Assembly: GCA_003427395.1 (NCBI GenBank)
Contig: BFEA01000036.1
Span: 1,156,299 to 1,208,427 of the forward strand
Source: Chara braunii
Lineage: Eukaryota; Plantae; Charophyceae
DNA length: 52,129 nt
Direction: 5' to 3'
Position numbers and translations under genes: made by a program. The notes beneath the pieces are model-generated. The model worked only from the letters and a program-made list of their open reading frames with translations. It did not search any database and was not told the origin of the DNA. Of the stretch, positions 13,329-26,699 are shown one piece after another (positions within the stretch are counted from its first letter, which is position 1; every line of letters begins with the position of its first letter).

Positions 13329-14316
13329 CTAATCTTTTCCAGACGATTGAACTGTGAGAGTGGTCGAATCGACCGTTCCATCATCAACTCTAAATACACG
13401 TCGAAATTGGCTAAATGGCGGTGGTTAATAACCAGGATGAGTAGGAAAATACGAGTACAGCGAAGGACAATTAGTAAGACGATTGACTATGTAATAAAAC
13501 CATGGTCCAGATCCCAAAAGAAACCATTCAGAAAGAAAAGCAGGATTGTTGTTATCGTTGCGAGCAAAAGCAAAGATTAGATGTTGACTGAGGTTAACAA
13601 GCGAATTTAATATAATTGCATCGTATGAATGGTTGATGAAAAATTATCGTAAAGCAATTCCTCTAAAATGAGATCAATCTGTTGATATTGGAGTAATGAA
13701 TGTACATAAGCAAAGTGTGAATGAATAAAAAACGACTCTAAAGTTAGTACGATTAACTCTTACGTATTCTGTAACACGTTCATCGTACATTTTTGTTGCT
13801 CCATAAGATAAAAAATGCAATGGACGTCCGTTGAAAGTGATTAAAGAAAGAATAATATATGAGAAAAACGAATGTGATAGTGTACGTATAGCAACATCCT
13901 GTTCGATAATATGAAATATTCTTTCGTTTGAATGAAAGGTTAATAATACAGAATGCCGTAAAAATTCAAAAAGATGATTGTTATTAAGCACGGGATTATA
14001 TTCAAACTCTCGTAACTTCGATTGGATTATAGTGGAGAACGAAAAGCGAAAATGGTATTAGAATTGCACGGAAAGGATCTATGACGAAGAAATCATCCAA
14101 TGATGGTGCAACTATTGGATTGTTGACAATACTATGAACTATCCGTGAGAAGACGACGAAAAATCCGGGCAAAATCTCTCGCAATGGTATGAACGAATTC
14201 GTTGGAGTATTGACGTTTCGAGGGTAGTAATTGGGAAGCACAGGATAAAAAAACGACGCTTCGGCTGAAGGGTAGAACTGAATATATCTTGCTTCTGTGC
14301 TTGAAGGAAGATCCAT
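13329..14316 (-). pseudogene. Helitron accessory gene A, unknown function, paralogue of gene B
   Basis: MDLPSSTE...NPIVAPSLDDFFVIDPF...HYNPIEVTR / VRVNRTNF / NNPAFLSEWFLLGSGPWFYY; ends at TAG 13329. Confidence 0.75.
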
Positions 14317-16834
14317 GCTCGATTTCAGAAGAAGATTTCAAAAAATGGAACTTGTATTGTCTTCGACTCTTTGAATATGAGATCAACACTCCTGTTTTTT
14401 TATCAAAACAAGAAAAATATAAACAATACACCAAGCATATCATAGTAACTAAATGAGTGTATATAACAAATAAGTTAAGATAAATTCATTGACGAGTTTT
14501 GATATCATATATATAAGGTTTTTAAAAAAGATTAATCAAAATTCATGAGGTTAATTGCAAAGATGTTTTTTCTATAATTATTATGAATATTTTGAAGTTA
14601 GCAACTTCAAGTTGCGTCACCACACGGAGAGAGATAAAGATAGATATAGAGATAGACTGCATATCTATAGCGTAGATGCTGTAAATCTAATCTGTGTATC
14701 TATATATTTTTCCTCTTGACTTTTTTTTCCTTCGTTTGTGTTCGGAGATTTGTTTTTTCCTTTCTTTGTGTATATATTTGTATGTTTGTGGATTTCTATC
14801 TCTGTGAATTTGTCTATCTGTAGAATTTTGTAAGTATATGTAACTGATAGATCCGTGCGTGTGTTGGAAAAAACAACAGTAAAAAAATACGAAATGCTCC
14901 TCAGAATGAAAATGAAGCTAGGGTCATAAGAACCCGTTTTATGAAAGGGAGGAGTCAAAAAAAAGAATTGCTAAAAAACAGATAGAGAATAGTTATGCAC
15001 TTTATTCAGACCAATCTGTCCTGCAATCACAACAAACTGTGCATTCAAACCTCTTGCAAGAGTGAATTGCCCCATATACAGCTATCTTGATCTGATGTAA
15101 CTGTATCTTTACCGTAATTAATGATTGCATTATCGAAGTTTTTATTTTTCAAAAACAAAAACGAGAAAAAGTAGAATGCTGTCTTTCAAGTTCTTTCCTA
15201 TCAAGAACTAGGATGTGATTACGCTGAGACCAGGCTGGAACTATGCTAAGGCTATGTTCAATATATCATACTGTAAGCAAAAATAGCGTGAAAAAGAGGA
15301 AGACGGCGATGCAATTCAGCGAAGAGAACGACAATGAATCGTTCAAATTTTATTTTAATAGATGTTCTCCCAAATGACGCTTTCTCCTTTTATTTTTTTG
15401 AGGAATCTTTGTAGAGAAAGGGCGTAGTGGCCACTATCGCAGGTCAATCGTTAATGTATTTGACGGTATTAGTCGTCTGATGTAGATGCCTCTTGCATAC
15501 AAGACCTCCTACATGGATGTCGGTTGAGCGGCCATGTGTGTCATATCACCCACTTGCACACAGCCAAAGCACAAAGAGGCAAAGGAAAGAGCAAGGGAAC
15601 GTCCAGACATAAAAAGACCCAAAACGAAACAGACACTGTCGGGCACACACGCACGATCGCGCATTTAGCCTCGCACACAAAACGGCGGCACACGATCAGA
15701 GAGATTTTGCCGCGAGATTGACCATTTGCTGATGCATTGTTTATTCCGCAGATGAAAAAATATTCTCTTCTTTCTCACACACACACATACACACATACCA
15801 AAGGAAGAAATGTATAAATTCATATATCTATATTTTATCCGGTGTTTTTACCAATTTTGCTCACCCAAACGATAGGAGTATCGTGAGGAAAGTTAGGCAG
15901 GTGATGGTGGATGCTGTCTCAAGCATCTTACAAGCCAATGCGTTTTCAAATGATAAGTTGGCGAGGTATATAGGAGTTGATCGTTTTGACAATAAAACAA
16001 AATAGTAATAATAATAAACAACGGAAAAAATAGTAATAATAATGATAACAATAATAGTAACACAACACTTGTATCTCTCTCTTCGTATTGTCCCTGTGTG
16101 TTTGTGCCTTTGTGTGTTTGTGCTGCTGTGTCATTGCGTGTCTGTCTGTCTGTTTGCTTCAAAATGCTGAAGCCTGGTTCCTTTCAAGCCTTTTTGGGTG
16201 TATCGTTGCTTTGATTTGTGAGTCGTGGTTTTTCCCTGTGGAATGTGAGTCTTGTCTTTGAGATATGGCTGTTTCGCGGGCGTCCGTCGAACTCGGACTG
16301 TCTTGCTTTAGCCTGAGACCTTGGCCCACAAATTCGGCTTTTTTCGGATCTCCATCGTGGAAGGCTTTTCAAATAATAATAATCATAATAATAACAGCTC
16401 ATCTAGTTAATGCTAGCAATAGAAGTCAGTTACATGGAGATGTTCATTCTTGTAAGCTACTGCCAGGTAAGTCTCTCTCTCTACCTGTGTGTGTGTGTGT
16501 ATATCTACCTTGTTTGTTTTTCTGTCTCTTCTGTGTCTACGGATCCAACCGTGTCTGTGTGTTTGTTTTGTACCTGTTAGGCTGACAGTGTTCTGTCTGT
16601 TTGTTCTGTTTGTTTATTTGTCTCTCAACACACAGGCGAATGATCCCCACATATGCAAGTTTGAGATGTTCGAAGGAGGAAGGATCATATTGTCACAAAG
16701 AACTGAGTACATAGCCAAAGACAGAAAGAGAGAGCAGAACCAAAAAAAAAATTGTTGTCGATATCGAACTCTCCCGGATTCATCAAGAAGCTGAAATGTG
16801 ACCCATGTGGAGACAAAATTCGAGACAAAGGCAC

Positions 16835-17130
16835 TGGCTGCATGATTTGCACATGCACATGCAGACGTTCATGTCCATGATCTGCATGTGGACATGTATA
16901 TGCTCAAGTATATGATTCGCACTTGGACATGCAAATGTCTGAGTGCATGATCCGCACTTGGACGTGCATATAGCAAAGCGCATGATTTGCAACTGCACGG
17001 GCATGCAAATATGAAGACGCCGAAGTGTATGATTTGTACCTTCGCGTGCAAATGTCCAAGTGCACGATCTGTACTTGGACGTGCATATGCCTAAGTATAT
17101 AATTTGCACTCAGACACGCAGATGCTAAGT
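16835..17130. repeat. Degenerate minisatellite of CATGAT[TC]TGCAC...GGAC[AG]TGCA units
   Basis: Motif recurs roughly every 30 bp. Confidence 0.75.
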
Positions 17131-17677
17131 CTGCGGTGGGCTTATTTTGTTCTAAGGCGGGCGGTAGACAGATACAGACAAGACTTCCTGATGAGTCAGT
17201 CAAAGACCGTTCCAGTCTCGTACAGTCAGAACCCTGATCAGCATCTACACACGGATCGACCCATTTTCCAAACCAGACGGTTGACTATTCATCATCGCTT
17301 GCTTACCCATTAGCTGATTGATTCACACGTAGCAGCATGCATCGGTAAACACGTATCTGATTGCCGATAAATATGTTTTTTTTTTGTTTTCTTTCAATGG
17401 GAGACGACCTTGAAGGGCCGTTCATGTGCCGATAGATATGTGTTTGAAAATCAATTGAGATATATTGTCAGAGCGTTGTGGTCGGCAGAAGAGGATAACG
17501 AAAGAGTATTATTTTCAATTCGGCTGTTGTCTAAACGGCGCGCAGCTCTGCAGTGTTATGATGCTTGATCATATTTTTAAAAACTGAATTCCGCCATGAT
17601 GATCAATCTGTTGAGGAGCCGTATAGAGAATAGTATACTCTACAAGTAATTGATTCAGTTTAAACAAGTATGCCCAT

Positions 17678-17925
17678 CGAATTAAGGGCTTCGCTACACC
17701 ACTGTCGCGAAGATAAAAGTACGAGTGTATTTTCCTCCAGAGAGTGGCCAGATGTATTCGTTGCGATGGTCCAGCCTACTGAGCAACCGAATAGAGAATG
17801 ATACTCTATAATCAATCAACTCATTCACTTTAAATGAGTATGCTTCTCGAATTAAGGGCATCGCTACACCACTGTCGAAATGGAAAAAATACGACCGTAT
17901 CTTCCCGCAGAGAGTGGGCAGATAC
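17678..17925. repeat. Direct duplication of ~75 bp at ~170 bp period
   Basis: TCGAATTAAGGGC[TA]TCGCTACACCACTGTCG...AGAGAGTGG occurs at ~17678 and ~17848. Confidence 0.85.
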
Positions 17926-20525
17926 ATCCCTTACTATGAATAGCAACCTATGCATCTTCCTACTTCCTGCAGAAACTTCCTGTGGAAAATGCACTTGTAT
18001 TTTCTGGTTTCGACAATGCTGTGGCGAGACCCTAAGTCAAGGCCGAAGGCTTCGCTCCCTGCAGTGTGTATGAATTTGATGCATTTGTTTTTTTTTCTTT
18101 TTCTTTTTCAAAGACATGATACTCAGAAGCGATCGATTTCATTCACAAAGTGGCGATTACTTTCAGTTTACCGTTTATTTCATAAAGCAATCGATAACAC
18201 CGTGTTGATTGGGATTTCACTGCCACGTCGTAAACGCATGAGGTAAGTTGAGAATATGTAGGAGTTGGAGGAGGACTTCAGAAGCGAAATGTTTCGTGAA
18301 AGTTGTAGTATGGAAAAATAGAAAGAACAGAACAAGAAAACGGTGGCGCGAAAAAAGGAAAACAAGAGAGCAACAGAAAAAAAAAAAATAATAATAATGA
18401 ATGGGGGAGGGGGGAAGGAAGAGAGATGGAGACGCTCGTCTTCTTGCTGAAAATTGGGATCGAAATTGTCAATCGAATATCCATATCGAATATCCACCTC
18501 GGTGGTTATATTGGTCTCAATTTCCTCCTTCCCTTCCCTCCCTGCTCTCTCCCGGAGCATTGCCATTAACGGCCGCAAAAGGTAGGCTTCCTTTTCTCAA
18601 CTTCTCTTTCTTTCTCCTTCTCGAGCACAACGCACTCTCGTCATGAATGTATACAAGCCGAGCGCTCAAGGAATGTGATAAATTGCACGAGATATGACTT
18701 CCTAAGCCTTAACCCTTTTTTTTTTTTTTTTGCAGTTCTGACATGTTATCACTTCCATCATGAGCATGTACTCACACACGGATTTTCAGTAAACACATAC
18801 TCAAACTAGGGTTTTTCTGGATATATCTAATCCTGATTAGAGGTAGTCCTAACTCCATCTGACTGTATATACATCTAGTAGGCGACAAATAATGAGCGCT
18901 CTCTCTTTCCCTTTCTTTCTTACTGGCTATATTTTATCTACTCTGACTGTTCGTTTGATTGCAATTAATATACACTTTTCATTCCTTGATTTTTTTTCCT
19001 CCTCCACTTTTCGCACACACACACACACATGTACATATTGATTGATTGGTTGCTTGATTGATTGATTGCAGAAAAGTGATGTCTTTTTTTTATTTTTTTC
19101 TCTCTCATACACACACACGCAGAGATAGGGGGGGGAAAAAAAAATTGAAACTCTAGATTCTTTGTTATGTCTAGTATGACCTTGTTCATCATCAAGATGT
19201 TGGTATTCCAAAACTTTCGTACCGGGATTAAAGGACAATCCCAGGTAATGTTTGTGTTCGGAGATTTGTTTTTTTCCTTTTTTTGTCGATATATTTGTGT
19301 GTTTGTAACAAGAAGAGAGAATTGGGCCGACGACAAAAATGACACTGGGCAGATGACACTAAGCAGAGATCGATGGGGGAACTCTGGAAGAACATGGAGA
19401 GGAAGAGGAAGGAGAGGGAAAAGGGAGGAGGAAGAGTACACGACGAGACAAAGTGCGGAGAATCGTGGGAAGGAGAAGGAAGAGGAAGAGAAGAGAAAGG
19501 GAAGGAGAAAGAGGAGCGAGGAAAAAGGTGAGGAGAAAGAGGATTGAAAGGGCAAACAAGAGGGAAGGGAGAGGCGAAGCGGATAGATATAAAAAAAGAA
19601 TTGATCGAACAAGAAGGATAAGATGGAGAAGAGGACGAGACGGGAGCAAAGAGAAACAGGGGAGGGGAAAGAGAGAGGACGAAGAGACCGAAGTAAGGAA
19701 AGATGAAACAAAGAAGGGCAAGAGCAGAACAGGGGTAAGGAGACTGAGTAGACAACAACCGTGTACGGCGATCCTAAGGAGATGAAATAACAAAAGGTAT
19801 ACAGACTTTAGGCACAAGAATCAATGCATATCACTTACAATTGTCCCTGCTAAATCCGTATCTAACTTGGATTAAGAAGATCAAACAGAGGAAGAGAGGG
19901 AAACAGAGAAAAATAAGAAGATGATGATCCACATAATCATGTACGTGGGCGTAGACAAATCCATAATATGAAACGATACCCAAAAAGAAGATTAGCATGG
20001 CTCGTATGCAACAATGACACGCATAAATCGAGCAAACTCATATAAAACAATACCAAGAAAAAAGAATAGCATGCCTCCTGTGCAAAATTGACACGCATAA
20101 ATCGAGAGAAATCCATATCTAAACGCAGAATAAAAACCAGACAGATCGTGAAGAACACAATGGCCCGGAGGTTCCGACCATGGCCTTAAGATAGCGTAAG
20201 CCCAAAAGTTCGAATATGACCTCAAGAGTTGAGAGGTTCGCAAAACCCTATTGTTAGAAGTAGGTGCCTAAGGTTACTTGCGAATGATTTTTTTCTTTTT
20301 TTTTTCCAGCAAGTCAAAAATAGGAGCATATTTTAATTTATGCACACAAAGATTCACCCACCCTCTTTTTTGTACCTTCTCCTTCTATTCTCGCTTTCGA
20401 CTGCTCATTCAGCCCCCCTCCCTTCCATCGTGCCCCTTCAACAACGCGATCAGAGGACTATTGCTACAAGTTTTCGCGGAGAGCGAGTCTGACGGAGAGT
20501 GATGTACACCGTGACACACACACTC

Positions 20526-20527
<2 letters not shown>

Positions 20528-20616
<89 letters not shown>

Positions 20617-20621
20617 NNNNN

Positions 20622-20692
<71 letters not shown>

Positions 20693-20760
20693 CAGACAGA
20701 CAGACAGAGAGACAGAGAAAGAGAAAGAAAGAGAGAGAAAGAAAGAGAGAGAAAGAGAAA
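20528..20760. repeat. (AG)n microsatellite with small N gap
   Basis: Seen directly. Confidence 0.97.
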
Positions 20761-22611
20761 GCGAAAGGCATGAATACAGAGAGAAGCATGGATCCATGCT
20801 CACATACAACGCGAAGGGAAAGACAAAGGATAAATGGGTACGTGTTTGCACACCCTCTTGATACGTCAGACACACAGCGAGGCTATAGGGTTGGGAGAAG
20901 CAATCGAGGAGCGTGCTTACAATGTAGAATGATAGGCACGCGTCCGCGCAGAGAACAAACAGGGAAGGAGGCGTCCTGAAGAAGAGGGAGAGAACGAGAG
21001 AGAAGGAGAAGGAGGACGAGGAAGATAGAAGAACTACGGAAAATTACAGTGGGAGACAAAAGGAGAAGAGAGGCAGCAACAGCAGGCGTCTTGATCGCCC
21101 AAGCACACAAAAAAAAGAACATCAATGGGTTTTCTTTTTTTCTCTGTCATTCTGTTTTTCTCTTTATATATAACACCACGTACATATAAATAGTAGACAA
21201 TATTTTTACATTATAACTACACATTCATTTTTTTTTTTTCTTTTTAGTAGGAGAATTATATAGGATTTGAAACTTACCGAGTTTTTCTCTTGCTTCTTTG
21301 CAACGGTTATCGTCATCAAGATAACTCCTCAATAGAATTCGAATGTAGAATCGGAAAATCCCAGATCGTCGATTAGATCACTCCTGTCTTTTTTCTCCTT
21401 TCACTTTTTCCTCTTTTCCGTCTTCTATTCTCCCTCCGTTTCGCACTATTACTTTTTCCCCTTCCTTCCTCTTTTCGAGCACAACTCCCAATCACCTTCA
21501 AATAACACAGCGCTCGAAATTCTCTTTTTCACCTTCCTTTTTTCTTCTCCTTTCTTCACCTTCTCATCTCTCTCTTCCTCGTTTTCTTCGCATCTTTTAC
21601 TTCACTCCGCTACTTCTTGCCTTTCCTTTTCTCTCTCACTTTCTATTTTTTTTTATACTCTCCACTTGCTTTTCAATCTTCTTCTTTCTGTTTTTTTTTT
21701 TTCTTCCTCGCATTTTTCCTCCTTTTTGTCCCCTGCTTGTTTACAGTCGAGCCCTTGCACGCTTGTATACACGCTTCTATGTACAATTGTATGCACCCCT
21801 GTATCCACGTTTGTATACACCTTTGTATGCACGATGAACACACACACGAATTTTTCTCCAGGCATAGGTTTTCTTGCTCACATACTACCCTTTTATAGCA
21901 TGCATGCTCAGTATTGAATCTAATTTTTTATATTCTTTTCTTTTCATATTTGCTATTTTTTATTTTATGGTTTTTTTTTTTTTTTTTTAATGACCACAAT
22001 ACAAACCCCTCATTCAAAGAATGTCGAAACGGGGATTAACAGGCGAAGGGCACGATGATTGCTGGGGAAGAGGCAAAATATTATCGGGGCATAACAAGCG
22101 CGAGATATGAAGACTGAAAAGGAAGACCAGATGCGGCGGTTGAGATAGGAGGGGTAAGAGATAAAGACAGTCAAGATGGGAGGGGTGAGGGATAAAGAAA
22201 GCAGACCCGTCCAAGACTTTATGAGGGGGCACAAGGTAAGGTTGCTAATGAAAAAGGTGAGGGCGCATTTTGCCAATAGCAGGGGCCCTCATTTATTTGC
22301 CTTGCCCCATCGAATGACCATGACGAATTTCCTTCGCCCCATCCAGTGACGGTGACAGCAGCGTCTATGATGCCCTTTCGTTTCGAGCATCCATTACCAA
22401 GACGAAAGTTTCCGAAAAACGAAAAAAAAATAAAACCGTCAAACATACAAATCCAACCCTATGCGTGTAACGACAACTTCGGTACATATTTTCTATTTGA
22501 CGATATATGTTATTATTTAATTTAAAAAATATATATATATATTATTTAATTTAAACAAAAGAAAAATATAATTAAAAAAAAAACATTATTAAAAAAAAAA
22601 AACATTATTTA

Positions 22612-22614
<3 letters not shown>

Positions 22615-22691
<77 letters not shown>

Positions 22692-23447
22692 ACAAAAAAA
22701 AAAAAGAANNNNNNNNNNNNNNNNNNNNNNNNNNNNNNNNNNNNNNNNNNNNNNNNNNNNNNNNNNNNNNNNNNNNNNNNNNNNNNNNNNNNNNNNNNNN
22801 NNNNNNNNNNNNNNNNNNNNNNNNNNNNNNNNNNNNNNNNNNNNNNNNNNNNNNNNNNNNNNNNNNNNNNNNNNNNNNNNNNNNNNNNNNNNNNNNNNNN
22901 NNNNNNNNNNNNNNNNNNNNNNNNNNNNNNNNNNNNNNNNNNNNNNNNNNNNNNNNNNNNNNNNNNNNNNNNNNNNNNNNNNNNNNNNNNNNNNNNNNNN
23001 NNNNNNNNNNNNNNNNNNNNNNNNNNNNNNNNNNNNNNNNNNNNNNNNNNNNNNNNNNNNNNNNNNNNNNNNNNNNNNNNNNNNNNNNNNNNNNNNNNNN
23101 NNNNNNNNNNNNNNNNNNNNNNNNNNNNNNNNNNNNNNNNNNNNNNNNNNNNNNNNNNNNNNNNNNNNNNNNNNNNNNNNNNNNNNNNNNNNNNNNNNNN
23201 NNNNNNNNNNNNNNNNNNNNNNNNNNNNNNNNNNNNNNNNNNNNNNNNNNNNNNNNNNNNNNNNNNNNNNNNNNNNNNNNNNNNNNNNNNNNNNNNNNNN
23301 NNNNNNNNNNNNNNNNNNNNNNNNNNNNNNNNNNNNNNNNNNNNNNNNNNNNNNNNNNNNNNNNNNNNNNNNNNNNNNNNNNNNNNNNNNNNNNNNNNNN
23401 NNNNNNNNNNNNNNNNNNNNNNNNNNNNNNNNNNNNNNNNNNNNNNA
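22615..23447. other. (AT)n microsatellite followed by assembly gap (N 22709-23447)
   Basis: Seen directly. Confidence 0.98.
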
Positions 23448-24160
23448 AAAAACAAATAGCCAAACAAACAGACACAAGGCCCAATTCTCAATTTTTTGTA
23501 AAAAAAAAAAACAAAAAAAAAAAACACAAGCCTGCACACAAAACTCTACCCTATATGTACGAGTACGAACGTCGCCACACCACTCCCAAAATGTGCAATG
23601 CAAAATGAGAACGAACTTTCATCTATAACATGGCTAGATGCAGCGGCAAATCGCAAAATGGCGGTTCAGTTTTTGAGCTGACCCGGTACCTTTGACCCTC
23701 CGTTGTATGCCTTCGAAAAAGCTGTTTGAAACCGTTGTATGCCTTCGAAAAAGCTGTTTGAAACAAAAAAACCCTTTCCACACTCTCTCGACTCTCTGTA
23801 TACCCCTCCCCTTTGAACAAGCCTCCGTATATCCCTTCGGAAAAGTTTGCTCCACGAAATAACCCTCTTCTATTTTTCTTGGAAAAAAAAAAAAAAACAA
23901 GAAAAAACAAATAGCCACCACACCACTCCCGAAATGTGCAAAACGAGAACGAACTTCCACCTATAACATGGCCAGATGCAACGGCAAATCCCAAGATGGC
24001 GGTTCACTTTTTGAGCTTCTCCGGTGATCCCTTGATTCTCAAATTTTTGTAAAAAAAAAAAATCCCATCGAAAAAAGTTGTTTGCCGAAGGTTTTAGCCC
24101 ACTATTTCGACCACTCCCTCGACCCTCCATTGTATGCCTTTGAAAAAGTTGTTTGCCGAA
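23448..24160. repeat. Internally duplicated unclassified repeat
   Basis: CACCACTCCC.AAATGTGCAA...CTATAACATGGC.AGATGCA.CGGCAAATC...ATGGCGGTTCA occurs at ~23578 and ~23921; TTGTATGCCTT.GAAAAAG recurs. Confidence 0.8.
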
Positions 24161-25415
24161 AAAGGAAAACAGGTCGCCGCCCATTAAAAAACTCAACCGA
24201 CCTCATGAAACGACCGATTGCGCAAACCCAGCAACGACCGGTCCATCTCCTAGCCGCGACCGCACCCTTCTCGCCTCCCTCTTAAAGCCAAAAACACCCC
24301 CGCCAACCTCAATTGAATCCCACGACATTTCCCGAAAAGGAAAAAAAAACTTGCAGTCAAGGTAAGCGCAGCCTCTGGCTGCGAACTGGGACCTATAATC
24401 CCAAATCCCCCCAAAAAAAAGGTAGCGGGCAATTCACACAGATTTGCCGAAGTACCAAATGTACTATTGGTGTGCTCATGTGTCAGCGGCCTGGGAAGCC
24501 GCGGGGGCAAAGGACCCACCCCTACCTACCTCGTTTTTCTGCTTCCTTAGCGTAACTGGGAAGCCACGGGGGCAAATGTACTATTGGTGTGCTCACAGGA
24601 CCCACCCCTACCTACCTCGTCTTTCTGCTTCCTTAGCGTAACCTCTGCTTCCTCATCTACAGGGGCACTTGTTTGGCCGTCTCATGTATACCGGACAGGG
24701 GTTGCAGACACCAGCGCGAGGCCATGACAAACCTCACAAAACTCTCCCAGCCCTAGTTGAAGAACTATCGAGCGAGCCTTGTCGCACGAGCACTTCGGTC
24801 GCCAAGCATGATCTTTCGTTATCCTTTTTTCCTATGAGCACCAGCCCAAGTTTGGTCAGACAACAAATATCCCTTAGAGCCTTGCCCTAGGTAGTGTCTA
24901 GTGGTTCTACCCTAACCAAGGTCTTACCTCAGACAACCCTTCTGACGCAACCCGGGCGCCATGTTCCTAGCATAGCCTACTTTTATTGCCGTATTAGAGG
25001 CTGTGTTATTGTTCATGCTGAGGGGGCAAGGTATTCCGTAACCAGGACCAGTTCGCCGCAAGGCCGATTCCTGACAGGGAAGACCTCTGGCCCATCCCCC
25101 CTTGCACCCTCGATTATTATTTAGTCATGAGTTATGATCCCAGGCCAGTCCGGAACCGAATGTTTCCACGGAGCCACCAATGTCTTACCTAAGTCAACTC
25201 TAGACCAGTCTGGGCGCCTATTGGGATGGTGTTATAGTTGCCACCCTGGGCCAATCCGGAACCGAATGTTTTCACGGAGCCACCATAGGCAGTGTCCCTA
25301 AGCCAACTCTAGACCAGCCTGTGTGCCACTCCAGGATAACCCAGAACCGAATGTTTCCTCGGAGCCACCCTAGGCACCGTCCTACCTATGCCAACTCTAG
25401 ACCAGCCAGAGTACC

Positions 25416-25776
25416 TGTGATGGACCCGCCGGGATGGCGGTCCGTCAGGATCAAGACGAAGGGATGAGGATGGGGGAGATGGAGATGGAGCTGGAAGGGA
25501 CAGCGCAGCTCCAACGCAGACTCAACACGCATGTACTCCAATCTCTGCAAATGAAGAATGAGTCATAAAACAAACTGCAGTTAGGGTATACCCCCAGCGG
25601 ACTGACTGGACAGGACTGGACTGGACTGGTACCGACAGTGGTACCGGGCAGGACTGAACTGGACTGAATAACCACACGGCCTGTGGGGTTAGGCCACGGC
25701 CTGGTCCCACATGTCGAACTGGCAAATAGCCAAATAGGACTTGGCTGTGGGCCAGGGCAGATGAAGGTCCGCTGCA
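25416..25776 (-). repeat. 3' LTR
   Basis: TGTGA...CTGCA on + strand; about 25 mismatches and one 5-bp indel versus 31420-31775 by manual count. Confidence 0.95.
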
Positions 25777-26699
25777 TAATCCTCAGACCTGTAATGGATC
25801 GCAAGAGCCATAAACACGCTATCCGCAAAAGCAGCGGAACTCTGCAACAAAGAAAGCTGGAAAATCTAGGATGCGGAGCGAGCTCCATGCTGAGTCCATG
25901 CGATGCAACCTTAGCTACATAATGTCAAAAAAAAAGCAAATGTCTGGTATACATATCCTAGCTAACAACATAAAATGAAATGTAGTATGATACAATCCTA
26001 AAGTCCTGGAGGCAGTGGCCTCAGTGCTGAAAGGAAAAGAGCAATATGTCACAAGATAATGTCATGTCGCTGAACCACTAAGAGTGGGATGGTCTCAGAG
26101 GGGGTGAATGCAGCCTAAGAATCGAAACTCCTAAGGGCAGTCACACATGAAGGTGGGATAGGTCATCAGGCTCAAGGTGGGAGAGTGGTAGCGAAACAAA
26201 ACCAATGACCCTAACAGATAGACCATCAAGGCGGGTAGTGCTCGACAAAAGGGTGACACCATGCAGGGTCGACCATGAAAAGGGGAGCCTGGAATAGGGT
26301 GAAGCTATGCCGAATTGGAGGCATGCAATAGCTGGCGCTAGGGTGATGAGGGCAGTGGGTGAGGGAAACATGCACACAACTCACCGACTGGGAGAGGGAG
26401 CTAGATCTGGGAGCAAGGAAGCCAAGATAACGTCGAAGTGGTCGATGACGTCGATGAAGTAGCTGTGGAGTCGATGTCGAAGCAAAGCCGCAAAACGCTG
26501 ACATCCTGAAGAAGAGATGATGATGGAGTACCTGATGGTGTGAGTCAGTGAGGAAAGATAGAGGATAAGAGTGTCAGTCATCGTAAAGCAAAGGGCGACG
26601 ATAAGTGCGCTATGGACGCTCGGAGGCGACCATCTGCGGCTGAGGAACGGCCTCAGAGGGAGCGGGGGCGTCCTCAGCAATCTCCTCAGCCGGAGGAGG

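Larger units (their letters stand above)
1783..14652 (-). mobile_element. Decayed autonomous-type Helitron (rolling-circle transposon) with accessory genes; ends approximate
   Basis: AT-rich block with HUH Rep motifs, PIF1 helicase motifs and co-oriented ORFs. Candidate 3' end: imperfect hairpin (1789-1814) then CTAG (1783-1786). Candidate 5' TC at about 14634-14652 next to palindrome GCAACTTCAAGTTGC (14601-14615). Confidence 0.85.

Noticed and set aside
17180-17215. Second hammerhead (CTGATGAGTC..GAC)
   Set aside because: No GAAA or stem III follows.
18900-23603. Long ORFs rich in S/L/F, E/R or X
   Set aside because: Artefacts of purine tracts, microsatellites and N gaps.
25040-25100. HDV-like ribozyme on the minus strand (GGGCCAG...GGCGAACTGGTCC)
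   Set aside because: P1 and L3 do not fit, and the second copy (32055-32103) breaks the P2 pairing.
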